Positions 20,777-31,329 are shown, counted from the first letter of the stretch. The stretch: 64,000 nucleotides of DNA from Candidatus Altiarchaeota archaeon (GCA_038891095.1 JAWAEV010000001.1:260468-324467), one strand, 5' to 3'. The notes: generated by a model not told the origin, from the sequence alone. Program-made: numbers and translations.

Positions 20777-21482
20777 TTTCTTTACCTCCATAATTTATTT
20801 TACCATCTTTCAAATGATATGTTTTATCTGCAAATTTTGCAACATTTTTATCATGAGTTACAACAACTATTGTTTTATTTTCATTTTCATGCAGATCAGA
20901 GAGCATTTCCATTATTTCAGTCCCTCTTTTTGAATCTAAATTTCCAGTTGGCTCATCAGCAAGAATTACCTCAGGATTATTAGCAAGAGCTCTTGCAATT
21001 GCAACTCTTTGTTGCTCACCACCTGAGAGTTCAGTAGGTTTATGCTCTAATCTATGGCTTAAGCCTACTTTCTCTAACAAATCCTCTGCAATTTTGTATC
21101 TTTTATCAAATGGTACACCTTGGAATATCATAGGCAGCATTACATTCTCAATTGCAGTTAAACTTGGTATTAAATTAAATGTCTGAAAAACAAAACCTAT
21201 TTTTCTTCCACGAATTTGTGCTAATTCACTTTCAGTTAATTTTGTTATATCCTGTGAATCAAGAAAAACTTTTCCCTTTGTTGGTATGTCTAAACAGCCT
21301 ATCATATTCATTACTGTTGATTTTCCAGAGCCACTTGGACCCATAATTGCTATAAATTCTTCAGGAAATACTTTCAAATTTAGACCTCTTAGAGCATGAA
21401 CTTCAACTTTGCCTAAGGTATAAATTTTCCACACTTCTTCAAGCTCAATAATTGGTTTATTTTCCGACTTTACTTTCAACAT
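20766..21482 (-). CDS. ABC transporter ATP-binding protein (LolD/MacB type)
   Basis: [18 protein letters not shown] and DEPTGNLD motifs. Confidence 0.95.
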   Translation of the reverse strand: MLKVKSENKPIIELEEVWKIYTLGKVEVHALRGLNLKVFPEEFIAIMGPSGSGKSTVMNMIGCLDIPTKGKVFLDSQDITKLTESELAQIRGRKIGFVFQTFNLIPSLTAIENVMLPMIFQGVPFDKRYKIAEDLLEKVGLSHRLEHKPTELSGGEQQRVAIARALANNPEVILADEPTGNLDSKRGTEIMEMLSDLHENENKTIVVVTHDKNVAKFADKTYHLKDGKINYGGKENGK

Positions 21483-21954
21483 TTTGAATTTTTCTAAGTT
21501 CGTCTAGCATTTTTTCCATAACAAAATGAAATTGCTCTATCTGTTTATAATAACTTTGTAATATCTGTAATTTTTTCTTTGTTTTTTCATTATTCTGCCT
21601 GTTGCTGTGTTTTTTTATTATACTTGGTAAAACTTCGATTATCTGTTTAATCTGCTCATTTGCAAAATTTATTTTTTGTATATTTAGCTTTACAATATCT
21701 TTTTCCATATAGAAAAACACTTTATGGCTCTTCGGCTTACGAATTTTTTTTACAACGCCTATGTTTACTAAAGTTTTCATTGTATTTGAAACTGATGCCA
21801 AACTATAGTTTGTTTCTTTTGCCAAATCTTCAAGAGAAATTTCATATGGTTCAAGATAGAGGATAGACATAATATTGCAAAAGGAATCACTAAAGCCTAA
21901 TGGTTTCCATAAATTACTCATAAGTTTAGAGATTTCTTCATTTAATTTGTCCAT
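21457..21954 (-). CDS. GbsR/MarR family transcriptional regulator
   Basis: LYLEPYEISLEDLAKETNYSLASVSNTMKTL wHTH motif. Confidence 0.8.
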   Translation of the reverse strand: MDKLNEEISKLMSNLWKPLGFSDSFCNIMSILYLEPYEISLEDLAKETNYSLASVSNTMKTLVNIGVVKKIRKPKSHKVFFYMEKDIVKLNIQKINFANEQIKQIIEVLPSIIKKHSNRQNNEKTKKKLQILQSYYKQIEQFHFVMEKMLDELRKIQNVESKVGK

Positions 21955-22047
21955 TATTTTTACAACTTTTAGTATATAATGAAAGTTGTGAATATAATAT
22001 ATTCTTTCTATTGTATAAAAAGCAAATTCAAAAAAGCAAATTCAAAC

Positions 22048-23538
22048 CTATTTTTTGGTATTTAATTCAACACCCTTTGAGAATTTTTCTTCAACAATTT
22101 TTCTATGTAGAGTGTTATATGAGCAAAAAGGGATTAATCTGCCATCTGGAGTTGCATAATGTATTGTACAATTTTGGACCCTTTCGACATCATAATTCCA
22201 AGGATCCATAAAATGCATTGAACCTATCATTACCATTCTCTTGTGAAATTTTGCTGTATCTTTGTATTGACCAAATTTTAGAATTCTCATTATCATTTCT
22301 CTCCTTTCTGGATCATGAATATGCTTTAGGACATTACTAAACAATCTTGCTTTTAATTTAAATTTAGCAAGACTAAATTTTTTTGATATATCGCCTTCTT
22401 TCTTTAAATCATTTGTTCCTTCTCTAACTGCGTTAAGAAGGTTATTAACATCTAAGAGCTCTGTTATTGGTCTATAATCTCTACCATTTACAACAATGTA
22501 TGTCCCAAGCCCGCACACTGGATGACATGTTAAGGAGGTTGTTGGGTTCTTTACAACAGCTTCAACAAATTTTGAGAAGGGAACAGTTACAGTCACAGGA
22601 TAAAAATCTTTTGCTTTTATTTTTCCATTAGTTTGTTTCTCAACAAGGGTTATGAAGTCATAATTTGTTATCCTACTCTTCTGAATTTCCATTTTTGAAG
22701 CATTCCCAGAAAAAGAAATTGGCTGAAAATTTACACATCTTATAATGTCAGAATTTTCAACTGCAAATTTTATTATTCCGCCTATTTGAGAATCATTAAC
22801 ACCTTTAATTAGAGTCACAACTAAAACTACACTAATGCCAACTTTTCTGCAATTTTCTATTGCATGAATTTTATCTTTTAGCAGTGGTATGCCACGAGTT
22901 TTTTTGTAGATACTATCATCTAAACCATCAAATTGCAAGTAAAAGCTATCTAAACCTGCATCTTTTAATTTTTTTAAATAGTTAATATCACGAGAAATTC
23001 TTATTCCATTTGTATCAACCATTATATATAAAAAACCTAAGTCTTTTCCAAGTTTAACTAAATCTGGAAGATCGTTCCTTAAAGTTGGTTCACCACCAGA
23101 AAATTGAAATGCATAACATGGTACTGGTGAATTTTTTCTTAGAGAGATTAGCATTTCTCTTATTTGCTCGTATGTTGGCTCATAAATTTTTTCACTTGAG
23201 TTAGCTGATGCAAAGCAAACGGGACATGAAAGATTACATCTGTTGGTTATGTCGACTATTCCTAAAACAGTATGACTTTTATGCTCATTACAAATTCCAC
23301 AATCAAATGGACAACCCAACTTTCTTATAGTTTTGGGATTATTCACACTATAGCCACTTTCATAGAAAGACATTATCCAGCGATAATGCTCTAAGTCATT
23401 CCAATAGATATCCTCAAAATGACCATGAATTCTACATTCTTTCTCTATTTTTACTCTACCATTATCTGCAACTAACTTCGCGGGAATTTTCCTAAGGCAT
23501 TTTGGGCATAAGCTCTCTGTATTTTTCAAAATTTCCAT
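22048..23538 (-). CDS. Radical SAM protein, tetraether lipid synthase (Tes/GDGT-MAS, MJ0619) family
   Basis: SLCPKC..C..HG, GCPFDCGICNEH, TNRCNLSCPVCFA, MHFMD and IHYATPDGRLIPFCSYN motifs. Confidence 0.85.
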   Translation of the reverse strand: MEILKNTESLCPKCLRKIPAKLVADNGRVKIEKECRIHGHFEDIYWNDLEHYRWIMSFYESGYSVNNPKTIRKLGCPFDCGICNEHKSHTVLGIVDITNRCNLSCPVCFASANSSEKIYEPTYEQIREMLISLRKNSPVPCYAFQFSGGEPTLRNDLPDLVKLGKDLGFLYIMVDTNGIRISRDINYLKKLKDAGLDSFYLQFDGLDDSIYKKTRGIPLLKDKIHAIENCRKVGISVVLVVTLIKGVNDSQIGGIIKFAVENSDIIRCVNFQPISFSGNASKMEIQKSRITNYDFITLVEKQTNGKIKAKDFYPVTVTVPFSKFVEAVVKNPTTSLTCHPVCGLGTYIVVNGRDYRPITELLDVNNLLNAVREGTNDLKKEGDISKKFSLAKFKLKARLFSNVLKHIHDPERREMIMRILKFGQYKDTAKFHKRMVMIGSMHFMDPWNYDVERVQNCTIHYATPDGRLIPFCSYNTLHRKIVEEKFSKGVELNTKK

Positions 23539-23562
23539 TCTTTTTTAAATTTATGATTTGCT

Positions 23563-23778
23563 TTACTCCTTCAAATCCATCACTCCAAGCATAAGAAATA
23601 GCAATCCAAAGCAAAATACTCCAACAACAATTCCTCCAATTAAAAATGTTTTAACTGATGCCCAAACCCAGGGAAAAAGACCTCCAAATTTCTCTGGTAG
23701 AGAAACATACAATGCCAAAATAATTAATACTACTCCAATTAGGAGTTCGAGATATTTATTCATTTGTACCACCTCCAA
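23563..23778 (-). CDS. Small hypothetical membrane protein
   Basis: Two TM helices; GGAGGTGG RBS suggests the start is at MNKYLE. Confidence 0.65.
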   Translation of the reverse strand: MEVVQMNKYLELLIGVVLIILALYVSLPEKFGGLFPWVWASVKTFLIGGIVVGVFCFGLLFLMLGVMDLKE

Positions 23779-23832
23779 TACATAGTCTCACCAATCAAAA
23801 TATAATAGAGTATTATTATATTTAAATTGAAA

Positions 23833-24849
23833 ATGTCTCGCTACTCGCTATGGTTAAGAAGTTATAACGAGAAGAGGAATATCATACTTGAAAAATTGAG
23901 AAAATATAAAGAGAAAGTGAGTGAGATAAAAAAAATGCTTTCTACAGAGAAATTTATTCTACCTGTATTTGAGTATAAAGGAGATATAAATTCTTTGAAG
24001 ATGTGTTTTGTTGATGGCGGCCAGGGTATAGATGAACTTTTAGGTTGTGTGACATATTATATAAGAGCTTCTGGTTTATTTCTCCATCAAAAAAAGAAAT
24101 TTTTTTTAAGAGCGTCAGACTTTGGGATTTTAGAATATGAAGATAACACAAATGATAGAATTGAGCTATTGCGCTCTATTATGGAAATAGAAATAGCAGA
24201 AAAGTGCATTCAAGAATACTCCCCTGGATATGTATTTTTAGATGGATCCCTACATGTTAATTTCAGTAAAAGGGAAATTCCTTGCGAAGAATATAAAATT
24301 TTTAGAAAAAAATTTTTCAGATTATTAAAAAATGCTTATGAAAATGGAGTTCACTTATGTGGTATTTCTGAAGATTCAAGGTCAAGATTACTGGTGAATA
24401 ATTTAGAGAGTAGATATGGGATAAAATTTCCATCATTTATGACTGATTCATCAATGCTTAAATTTTTTACAGGCTCAGAAAGGTTTGTAACAAAAGAATT
24501 TACTCCTGAACCAAAATTCAACTTTGAGAACTCAAATGGAATAAAACCTGTGAATTTCCCTACAGTTTATCTTCAACCAAATGCATTTTCAAATCCTCTT
24601 AGAATAGATGTGCCAAGTTGGGAAAAAAATCTTCCAGAGATAATTTCGATTATTGTAAAATTATCAAAAGGCTCTAAATGGTATGGCTATCCATATCCTC
24701 TCTACCTAGCTCACTTAGATGCAAAAATAGAGAATAAACAAGCAGAATGGAACACACTACAAATTGCACATTATGTCCTTAGAAATGATCCTGAGATTTA
24801 TGATGCAATTTTAAAAGAGAAAAGAAGGAAATTAAGGCCAAGAGGATGA
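23833..24849 (+). CDS. nurA: NurA family 5'-3' nuclease
   Basis: FVDGG, FLDGSL and GYPYPLYLAH motifs. Confidence 0.85.
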   Translation: MSRYSLWLRSYNEKRNIILEKLRKYKEKVSEIKKMLSTEKFILPVFEYKGDINSLKMCFVDGGQGIDELLGCVTYYIRASGLFLHQKKKFFLRASDFGILEYEDNTNDRIELLRSIMEIEIAEKCIQEYSPGYVFLDGSLHVNFSKREIPCEEYKIFRKKFFRLLKNAYENGVHLCGISEDSRSRLLVNNLESRYGIKFPSFMTDSSMLKFFTGSERFVTKEFTPEPKFNFENSNGIKPVNFPTVYLQPNAFSNPLRIDVPSWEKNLPEIISIIVKLSKGSKWYGYPYPLYLAHLDAKIENKQAEWNTLQIAHYVLRNDPEIYDAILKEKRRKLRPRG

Positions 24850-24931
24850 CTCTTAATTAAAATTTTTATAGATTTTATATAGCTTGGCTCTGAATATCTT
24901 ATTAGGTACTTTTTTATACTTTAGAAGTAAA

Positions 24932-27406
24932 ATGACAATGGGAAACACAACTAATGAGGACAAGAAAAAAAAGTTCGTTCTATGGTTTGATGAAGTTGGA
25001 ATGGAGGACACTGCACTCGTTGGAGGAAAAAACGCTTCCCTTGGCGAGATGATAAGAGAACTGTCAAAAAAAGGGATAAATGTCCCAAATGGATTCGCGA
25101 TAACTGCTTATGCATACAAATATTTTATTAAAAAGGTAGGGATAGATAAAGAAATAGAGGAGATTATCTCTAAATTAGACAAACAAAAAATTTCAAATTT
25201 AAAGTCATGTGGAAGGAAAATCCGTAATTTAATAAAAAATGCAAAAATGCCAGAAGAATTAGAAGAAGAAATAAAAAGAGCTTATGAAGAAATGCCAAAA
25301 AGATTTGGGTATGAAAAGAATCCAGATGTTGCCGTTCGTAGTTCTGCAACTGCGGAAGATTTACCAGATGCTAGTTTTGCAGGACAACAAGAGACTTATC
25401 TCAACATAAAAGGACCTGAAAAGTTAATAGAAGCTTGCAAAAATTGCTTTGCCTCTCTTTTCACTGATAGAGCGATTTCTTATAGAGAAGACAAAGGATT
25501 TAATCATTTTGATGTTCTCTTATCCATAGGAGTGCAGAAGATGGTAAGAGCAGACTCAGCAGCTTCAGGAGTTATGTTCTCAATTGATACTGAAACTGGA
25601 TTTAAAAATGCTGTTTTTATCACAGCTTCATATGGTTTAGGTGAAAATGTTGTTAAAGGTGCTGTAAATCCTGATAGCTTCTATGTTTTCAAGCCAACAT
25701 TAAAGCAAGGTAAGAAACCAATAATAGGCAAGAAACTTGGGAAAAAAGAGGTGAAGACGATATATTCAAAAAATGGAACAAAAAATGTGCCAACATCATT
25801 AGAAGAAAGGGAAAAATTCTGCATATCTGATGATGAGGTTCTAAAACTTGCTGAATTTGCTTGTATTATTGAGGAACATTACTCTAAAAAAGCAAATGCA
25901 TTCAAGCCTATGGACATAGAATGGGCAAAAGATGGCGATGGTAAAAAAGTAGGCTCTGGGAAGTTATTTATAGTCCAAGCAAGACCTGAGACAGTACATT
26001 CAAGAAAAGATAGCAATGCCATGAAAACTTATGTTCTAAAAGAAACTGGAAAAGTTCTTGTTGAGGGTCAAGCAGTTGGAGAGATGATAGGTCAGGGTGA
26101 GGCAAATGTCATTGAAGATCCAAAAGATATGAGAAGATTTAAAAAAGGACAAGTTTTAGTTACAGATATAACTGATCCAGATTGGGAACCAATAATGAAA
26201 ATTGCCTCTGCTATCGTTACTAATAGAGGTGGAAGAACATGTCATGCTGCTATTGTTTCAAGAGAATTGGGAATTCCATGTATAATTGGTACAGAAAATG
26301 CAACTAAAATTTTGAAAACTGGACAAAATATTACTGTCTCTTGTAGCGAAGGTGAAATTGGCAGAGTTTATGATGGTCTGCTAAAATTTGAAGTAAATAC
26401 GATAAATTTTGAAGAACTCCCAAAAACGAAAACAAAGATAATGATGAATGTTGGTATTCCAGAAAAGGCATTTGTTGAAAGTCAAATTCCAAATGATGGG
26501 GTTGGTTTAGCAAGAGAGGAATTCATTATAAATTCATATATTGGCATACATCCTTTAGCTTTAGTTGAGTATAAAAAATTAAAGAAAAGGGCAAAATATG
26601 ATAAGAAAATTAAACAACTGGTAGAAGAAATTGATAAAAGAACTCAGGGCTATGAGAACAAAGTCGATTTCTTTGTTGATGAATTAGCTCGTGGCATCGG
26701 AAGAATTGCTGCCGGTTTTTATCCAAACGATGTAATTGTTAGGCTTTCGGATTTCAAGACAAATGAATATGCAAATCTAATTGGAGGTTTTTTATATGAA
26801 ACTACTGAAAGCAATCCTATGCTTGGATGGAGAGGTGCCTCTCGCTACTATGACGAAAAATTCAAACCTGCATTTGGCTTAGAGTGCAAAGCTATTCTAA
26901 AAGCAAGAAATGAATTTGGTTTAGAGAACATAAAGGTTATGATTCCATTCTGTAGAACTCCAGAAGAAGGCAAAAAGGTAATTCAAGTAATGGAGGAATT
27001 CGGCTTAAAACAAGGAGAAAATGGCTTAGAAATTTATGTAATGTGTGAGATTCCATCAAATGTTATCCTTGCAGATAGATTTGCAGAAATTTTCGATGGT
27101 TTTTCAATAGGTTCAAATGATTTAACACAATTGACATTAGGGCTTGATAGAGATTCGGAGTTAGTAGCACATATATATGATGAACGAAATGATGCTGTAA
27201 AAAGATTAATCGCAGATGTTATAAAAATTGCAAAATCAAAAGGTAAAAAAATTGGGATTTGCGGTCAGGCACCATCAGATTATGATGATTTCGCGACTTT
27301 TCTTGTTGAATGTGGAATTGATTCAATAAGTTTAAATCCAGACACAGTTATAAAAACAAGGCTAAAAATTGCTGAAAAAGAAAAAGAGTTAGGAATTTCT
27401 CCTTAG
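24932..27406 (+). CDS. ppsA: Phosphoenolpyruvate synthase
   Basis: VGGKNASLGEM, AVRSSATAED, GGRTCHAAIVSRE and GFSIGSNDLTQ motifs. Confidence 0.97.
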   Translation: MTMGNTTNEDKKKKFVLWFDEVGMEDTALVGGKNASLGEMIRELSKKGINVPNGFAITAYAYKYFIKKVGIDKEIEEIISKLDKQKISNLKSCGRKIRNLIKNAKMPEELEEEIKRAYEEMPKRFGYEKNPDVAVRSSATAEDLPDASFAGQQETYLNIKGPEKLIEACKNCFASLFTDRAISYREDKGFNHFDVLLSIGVQKMVRADSAASGVMFSIDTETGFKNAVFITASYGLGENVVKGAVNPDSFYVFKPTLKQGKKPIIGKKLGKKEVKTIYSKNGTKNVPTSLEEREKFCISDDEVLKLAEFACIIEEHYSKKANAFKPMDIEWAKDGDGKKVGSGKLFIVQARPETVHSRKDSNAMKTYVLKETGKVLVEGQAVGEMIGQGEANVIEDPKDMRRFKKGQVLVTDITDPDWEPIMKIASAIVTNRGGRTCHAAIVSRELGIPCIIGTENATKILKTGQNITVSCSEGEIGRVYDGLLKFEVNTINFEELPKTKTKIMMNVGIPEKAFVESQIPNDGVGLAREEFIINSYIGIHPLALVEYKKLKKRAKYDKKIKQLVEEIDKRTQGYENKVDFFVDELARGIGRIAAGFYPNDVIVRLSDFKTNEYANLIGGFLYETTESNPMLGWRGASRYYDEKFKPAFGLECKAILKARNEFGLENIKVMIPFCRTPEEGKKVIQVMEEFGLKQGENGLEIYVMCEIPSNVILADRFAEIFDGFSIGSNDLTQLTLGLDRDSELVAHIYDERNDAVKRLIADVIKIAKSKGKKIGICGQAPSDYDDFATFLVECGIDSISLNPDTVIKTRLKIAEKEKELGISP

Positions 27407-28041
27407 AAAACACTAATTACTTTAATTGCTTCTGAAATTCCTTCAATTATAAATTGAACTGCCATGGCAGAAAGCATTAAGCCCATAATTCTTCTCACTA
27501 CTTTCACTCCCATATTTCCAAAAATTTTATAAACAATTTTATATCTCAGGAGAATTTCTCTTGCTACAAGAAATATTACGATTATGTTAAAAAGGAGAAT
27601 AGCAACCTTTACTATATTATCTGCATAGCTGAAGAAGACTATACCAGTAGTTATTGCACCTGGGCCTGTTAACAAGGGGATTGCTAAAGGCGTTATGCTA
27701 ATATTTTCTCTCTCTTCTGCTAATTCCACAAGTTTATTAGATGTTTCCGTTCTACTTCTCCTACCAAAAAGCATTTCTACTGAAATTATTAAAAGAAGTA
27801 TGCCACCAGCAATTCTGAATGAGTATATACTTATCCCTAAAAACTGAAATATATAGTTTCCTATTAATGTGAAGATTATCAGAGTTATCATTGCAATAAA
27901 CACTGCTCTTCTTATCATTTGCTGTTTATCATCTTCGCTAAATTTATCTAAGAGCGAGATAAATGCTGGAACATTTCCTATGGGATTTACTATTAAGAAT
28001 AATGTTACTAATGACTGAATAAAGAAAGTTTGTATATCCAT
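27403..28041 (-). CDS. MarC family membrane protein
   Basis: NPIGNVP, FRIAGGILL and PLAIPLLTGPGAI motifs. Confidence 0.93.
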   Translation of the reverse strand: MDIQTFFIQSLVTLFLIVNPIGNVPAFISLLDKFSEDDKQQMIRRAVFIAMITLIIFTLIGNYIFQFLGISIYSFRIAGGILLLIISVEMLFGRRSRTETSNKLVELAEERENISITPLAIPLLTGPGAITTGIVFFSYADNIVKVAILLFNIIVIFLVAREILLRYKIVYKIFGNMGVKVVRRIMGLMLSAMAVQFIIEGISEAIKVISVF

Positions 28042-29223
28042 TTAACTTTTTCTTGATATATATTTATCTATTATTTTCAATGCACAATATTTTCCGCACA
28101 TGCTACAACTTTTCTTATCTATATTTTTATATTTCTTCTTTATATTTTTGTCGATACTTAAACCAAAAATTTTGTTCCAATTTAATTCCCTTCTTGCCTT
28201 TGAAATTTTATTATCTATTGAAAAATCTCTTATTTTTGCTATATCTGCCGAATGTGCTGCAATTTTCGCTGCGATAACTCCTTGTTTCACATCCTCAATT
28301 GTTGGCAGCCCCAAATGCTCTGATGGAGTTACATAACATAGAAAATCTGCTCCATACATACAAGCAACTGCTCCACCAATTGCTCCAGATATATGATCAT
28401 AACCAAGAGAGATATCTGTTGTTATTGGGCCAAGAACATATAATGGAGCATTATCACAAATTTTCTTTGCAAGTTGAACATTCAGCGGAATTTCATTTAA
28501 AGGTAAATGCCCCGGACCTTCAACTATTACTGGAACTTTTTCTTTGCGAGCAATTTTTGTTAGTTTTCCAAGAGTTATTAATTCACTTAGCTGTGGGATA
28601 TCTGTTGCGTCATGTAAGCAAGCTGGTCTTAAAGCATCACCCAAACTTATAACAACTTCATACTCCTTAACAATTTCAAGAATTTCGGAAAAATTTTCAA
28701 ATAATGGATTTTCAGCTTTATTTTCTAACATCCATGCAACTAAGAAGCTACCTCCACGAGAATTTACTAGAATAAGTCTTTTGTGAATTTTATCTAAAAT
28801 TTCTTTTGTAATTCCACAATGCAATGTCATAAAGTCAACACCATCTTTGCAGTGTTGTTCTATTACCTTTAAGATACTTTCCTTTGACATATCAGTCTTT
28901 TTTTCTACAAATGCTTGATATATTGGGACTGTTCCTATAGGCACTTTTAAATTTCTTAAAAAAATTTTTCTTATTTCATTCAAGTTTCCACCAATACTTA
29001 AATCCATTATTGTATCTGCTCCGTAACTAATTGCAACTTTTGCTTTTTTTAGTTCTTCCGATAAATTAATTCTCTCTGTGGATGTTCCAACATTTGCATT
29101 TACTTTAACTCTTAAACCTTCTCCAACCATAACTCCTTTTATATTTCGCTTTGAATTTTTCAGAACTACAATGCTCCCATTTCTCATTCTCTTTTCAATC
29201 TTCTCTTTAGAAATCTCAAACAT
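28042..29223 (-). CDS. thiC: Phosphomethylpyrimidine synthase (ThiC family)
   Basis: KVNANVGTS, GVDFMTLHCG, CYVTPSEHL and CSMCGKYCA motifs. Confidence 0.9.
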   Translation of the reverse strand: MFEISKEKIEKRMRNGSIVVLKNSKRNIKGVMVGEGLRVKVNANVGTSTERINLSEELKKAKVAISYGADTIMDLSIGGNLNEIRKIFLRNLKVPIGTVPIYQAFVEKKTDMSKESILKVIEQHCKDGVDFMTLHCGITKEILDKIHKRLILVNSRGGSFLVAWMLENKAENPLFENFSEILEIVKEYEVVISLGDALRPACLHDATDIPQLSELITLGKLTKIARKEKVPVIVEGPGHLPLNEIPLNVQLAKKICDNAPLYVLGPITTDISLGYDHISGAIGGAVACMYGADFLCYVTPSEHLGLPTIEDVKQGVIAAKIAAHSADIAKIRDFSIDNKISKARRELNWNKIFGLSIDKNIKKKYKNIDKKSCSMCGKYCALKIIDKYISRKS

Positions 29224-29371
29224 TTTTATATCTTAGAGGTATCCTGTATTTGGAATAATTTTTTTTGAGGGAAAATTTAGCTGGCTTTGGTTCAAAAGTT
29301 TTTCCTTTGCAGTAAGGACAAATTTCTTTTAGAGTATAAGAGTTACATTTCTCGCATCTTAGAATTTTCAT
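29216..29371 (-). CDS. nop10: H/ACA RNP protein Nop10, missed by ORF track
   Basis: Manual translation MKILRCEKCNSYTLKEICPYCKGKTFEPKPAKFSLKKNYSKYRIPLRYKNV; canonical position after aIF2-alpha. Confidence 0.9.
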   Translation of the reverse strand: MKILRCEKCNSYTLKEICPYCKGKTFEPKPAKFSLKKNYSKYRIPLRYKNV

Positions 29372-29372
29372 T

Positions 29373-30164
29373 TCATTGAACTTCTTTTAATTCTCTATAA
29401 AATTTTCCTTCACCATGAGTTTTTTCAATATATTCAATAGCTTCATCCGTTGCACTTTTTAAAATTTTCTCAGCAGTTTTATAATCTTTCGCCTTTATTT
29501 GCACTCTATATCTTGGAGCTGAAATATATTTCACTTCAATCTCACAATCAGAGTTGTAATTCTGAACTTTTTTTAATGCTTCTTTTATATTTAGAATACC
29601 ATCTGGCTCATAACTTCTCAATTCCAAATAACCAAAAATTTCAACAAATGGTGCTTTTATATTTCTCTTTAGCAAATTCAAAAATTTTTGCTTCCAAGAT
29701 TTTTCAATTTCTATACTATCAAGGATTTTTTCATCTATTGCAATTGCCTCAAGCGCATTGTAAACATTATCGTACTTTTTCAGCAATTTTTCTGAAATTT
29801 CATCCTTAATTTTATCCTTTGGTAATTTCAATTCATTTGCTAACTGTTCAAAAAATTTCTCTACTCTCTGATTTTGCTTGACCTCTTTTAATTTTTCTTT
29901 TCTTTGATGATCTTTAACTCGCCTCAATGAAAGGTCGATATGTCCTCTTTCTGGATTTACTCTCAAAACCAATAAAATAACCTTCTGGCCTTCTTTAACA
30001 TAGTCATGTATGTTCCTGACCCATTTAAGTGAAATTTCAGATAGATGTAATAACCCTTTTTTGTTTCCATATTCATCTAAAGTTACAAATGCTCCTTGTT
30101 TAAATACATTCTGAACTGTCGCAATAACTAGCTCACCTTCATCAGGATATTCTTTTTTTGGCAT
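29373..30164 (-). CDS. eif2a: Translation initiation factor 2 subunit alpha
   Basis: YPDEGELVIATV, S1 domain, GHIDLSLRRV and YISAPRYR motifs. Confidence 0.96.
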   Translation of the reverse strand: MPKKEYPDEGELVIATVQNVFKQGAFVTLDEYGNKKGLLHLSEISLKWVRNIHDYVKEGQKVILLVLRVNPERGHIDLSLRRVKDHQRKEKLKEVKQNQRVEKFFEQLANELKLPKDKIKDEISEKLLKKYDNVYNALEAIAIDEKILDSIEIEKSWKQKFLNLLKRNIKAPFVEIFGYLELRSYEPDGILNIKEALKKVQNYNSDCEIEVKYISAPRYRVQIKAKDYKTAEKILKSATDEAIEYIEKTHGEGKFYRELKEVQ

Positions 30165-30210
30165 TTTATATGTATGTAAAGTATGTAATATTAAAATTCA
30201 ATTAAATAAA

Positions 30211-31329
30211 ATGAAATCTTCATATAAAATTTTCCAAATTTTTGGAATTTCAGTTGAGTTACACATAACTTTTATTTTGTTTTTTATGTTTTTATTTACT
30301 ATATCTTTCCTTGAAGCCGGATTTCTCTCTGGGATAGCAACAATTTTTATTTTTTTTATGATATTTACGATTGTTTTTTTGCACGAATTATTGCATTCAT
30401 TTGTTGCTATAAAAAACGGCATACCAGTCCAGAGGATAATTTTATTGCCAATTGGCGGTCTAGCAAATGTTGAAATTCCTGAGAAACCAGAAAAGGAACT
30501 TGTTATTGCTATTTCAGGTCCTTTACTGAACTTCTCTCTTGCATTTTTATCAGCTTTCCTCTTAGTTTTTCTATTTCCAAATCCGATAGATTTATTCCAG
30601 AAAAATTTACCACATGTTATTAGCCTTGCTCCAGATACAATATCTTTCATCTTTACACTACCTGGAATTCTCTCTGCTTTAATTTTCTTTAATCTCTCCT
30701 TAGGGTTTTTTAATATGTTACCTGGCTTCCCTATGGATGGCGGCAGAGTTTTTAGAGCAGTTTTAGCTTTGTGGATTGACTATGTAAAAGCAACAGAAAT
30801 TGCAGTTAGATTTGGACAATTTATATTTCTCTGCATGATGTTCTTCGGTTTTATCTCAGGTAGCTTTATGCTTTTGATTATAGGTATGTTTCTTTTCTTT
30901 GCATCTGGCTCTGAGTTGAATATAGTGAAGTTAAGTCACTCAGTATATGACTTAAAAATTGGTGCAATTGCAATAAGAAATTTTGTTTATGTGAATGAAT
31001 CAATAACAATTCCGAATTTTTTGGAATTTATAGTAAAACCTGATCATAGATATTACTTAGTTATTAACAATGATGGAAAACTTCTTGGCATTTTAGATCT
31101 TTATAAGTTGATGGAAGCTAAAAATGAGGAGTTATTTAAAAAAACTGTCAGAGATTTTATTTCAAGCGCTTATGTAGTTGATGCAGAGGCTAAATTGAAA
31201 GATAAAATTCAGGAAGTTCTTTCAAAGGATTTTGTTATTGTTGCTTTAAATGGAAAGGTTGTTGGTTATTTGACACCACAATATATTATTGATGTTGCAA
31301 ATTTATACAATATTTTACATCAGAAATGA
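30211..31329 (+). CDS. M50 site-2 protease with C-terminal CBS-like domains
   Basis: LHELLH, LLPIGG and FNMLPGFPMDGGR motifs. Confidence 0.92.
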   Translation: MKSSYKIFQIFGISVELHITFILFFMFLFTISFLEAGFLSGIATIFIFFMIFTIVFLHELLHSFVAIKNGIPVQRIILLPIGGLANVEIPEKPEKELVIAISGPLLNFSLAFLSAFLLVFLFPNPIDLFQKNLPHVISLAPDTISFIFTLPGILSALIFFNLSLGFFNMLPGFPMDGGRVFRAVLALWIDYVKATEIAVRFGQFIFLCMMFFGFISGSFMLLIIGMFLFFASGSELNIVKLSHSVYDLKIGAIAIRNFVYVNESITIPNFLEFIVKPDHRYYLVINNDGKLLGILDLYKLMEAKNEELFKKTVRDFISSAYVVDAEAKLKDKIQEVLSKDFVIVALNGKVVGYLTPQYIIDVANLYNILHQK

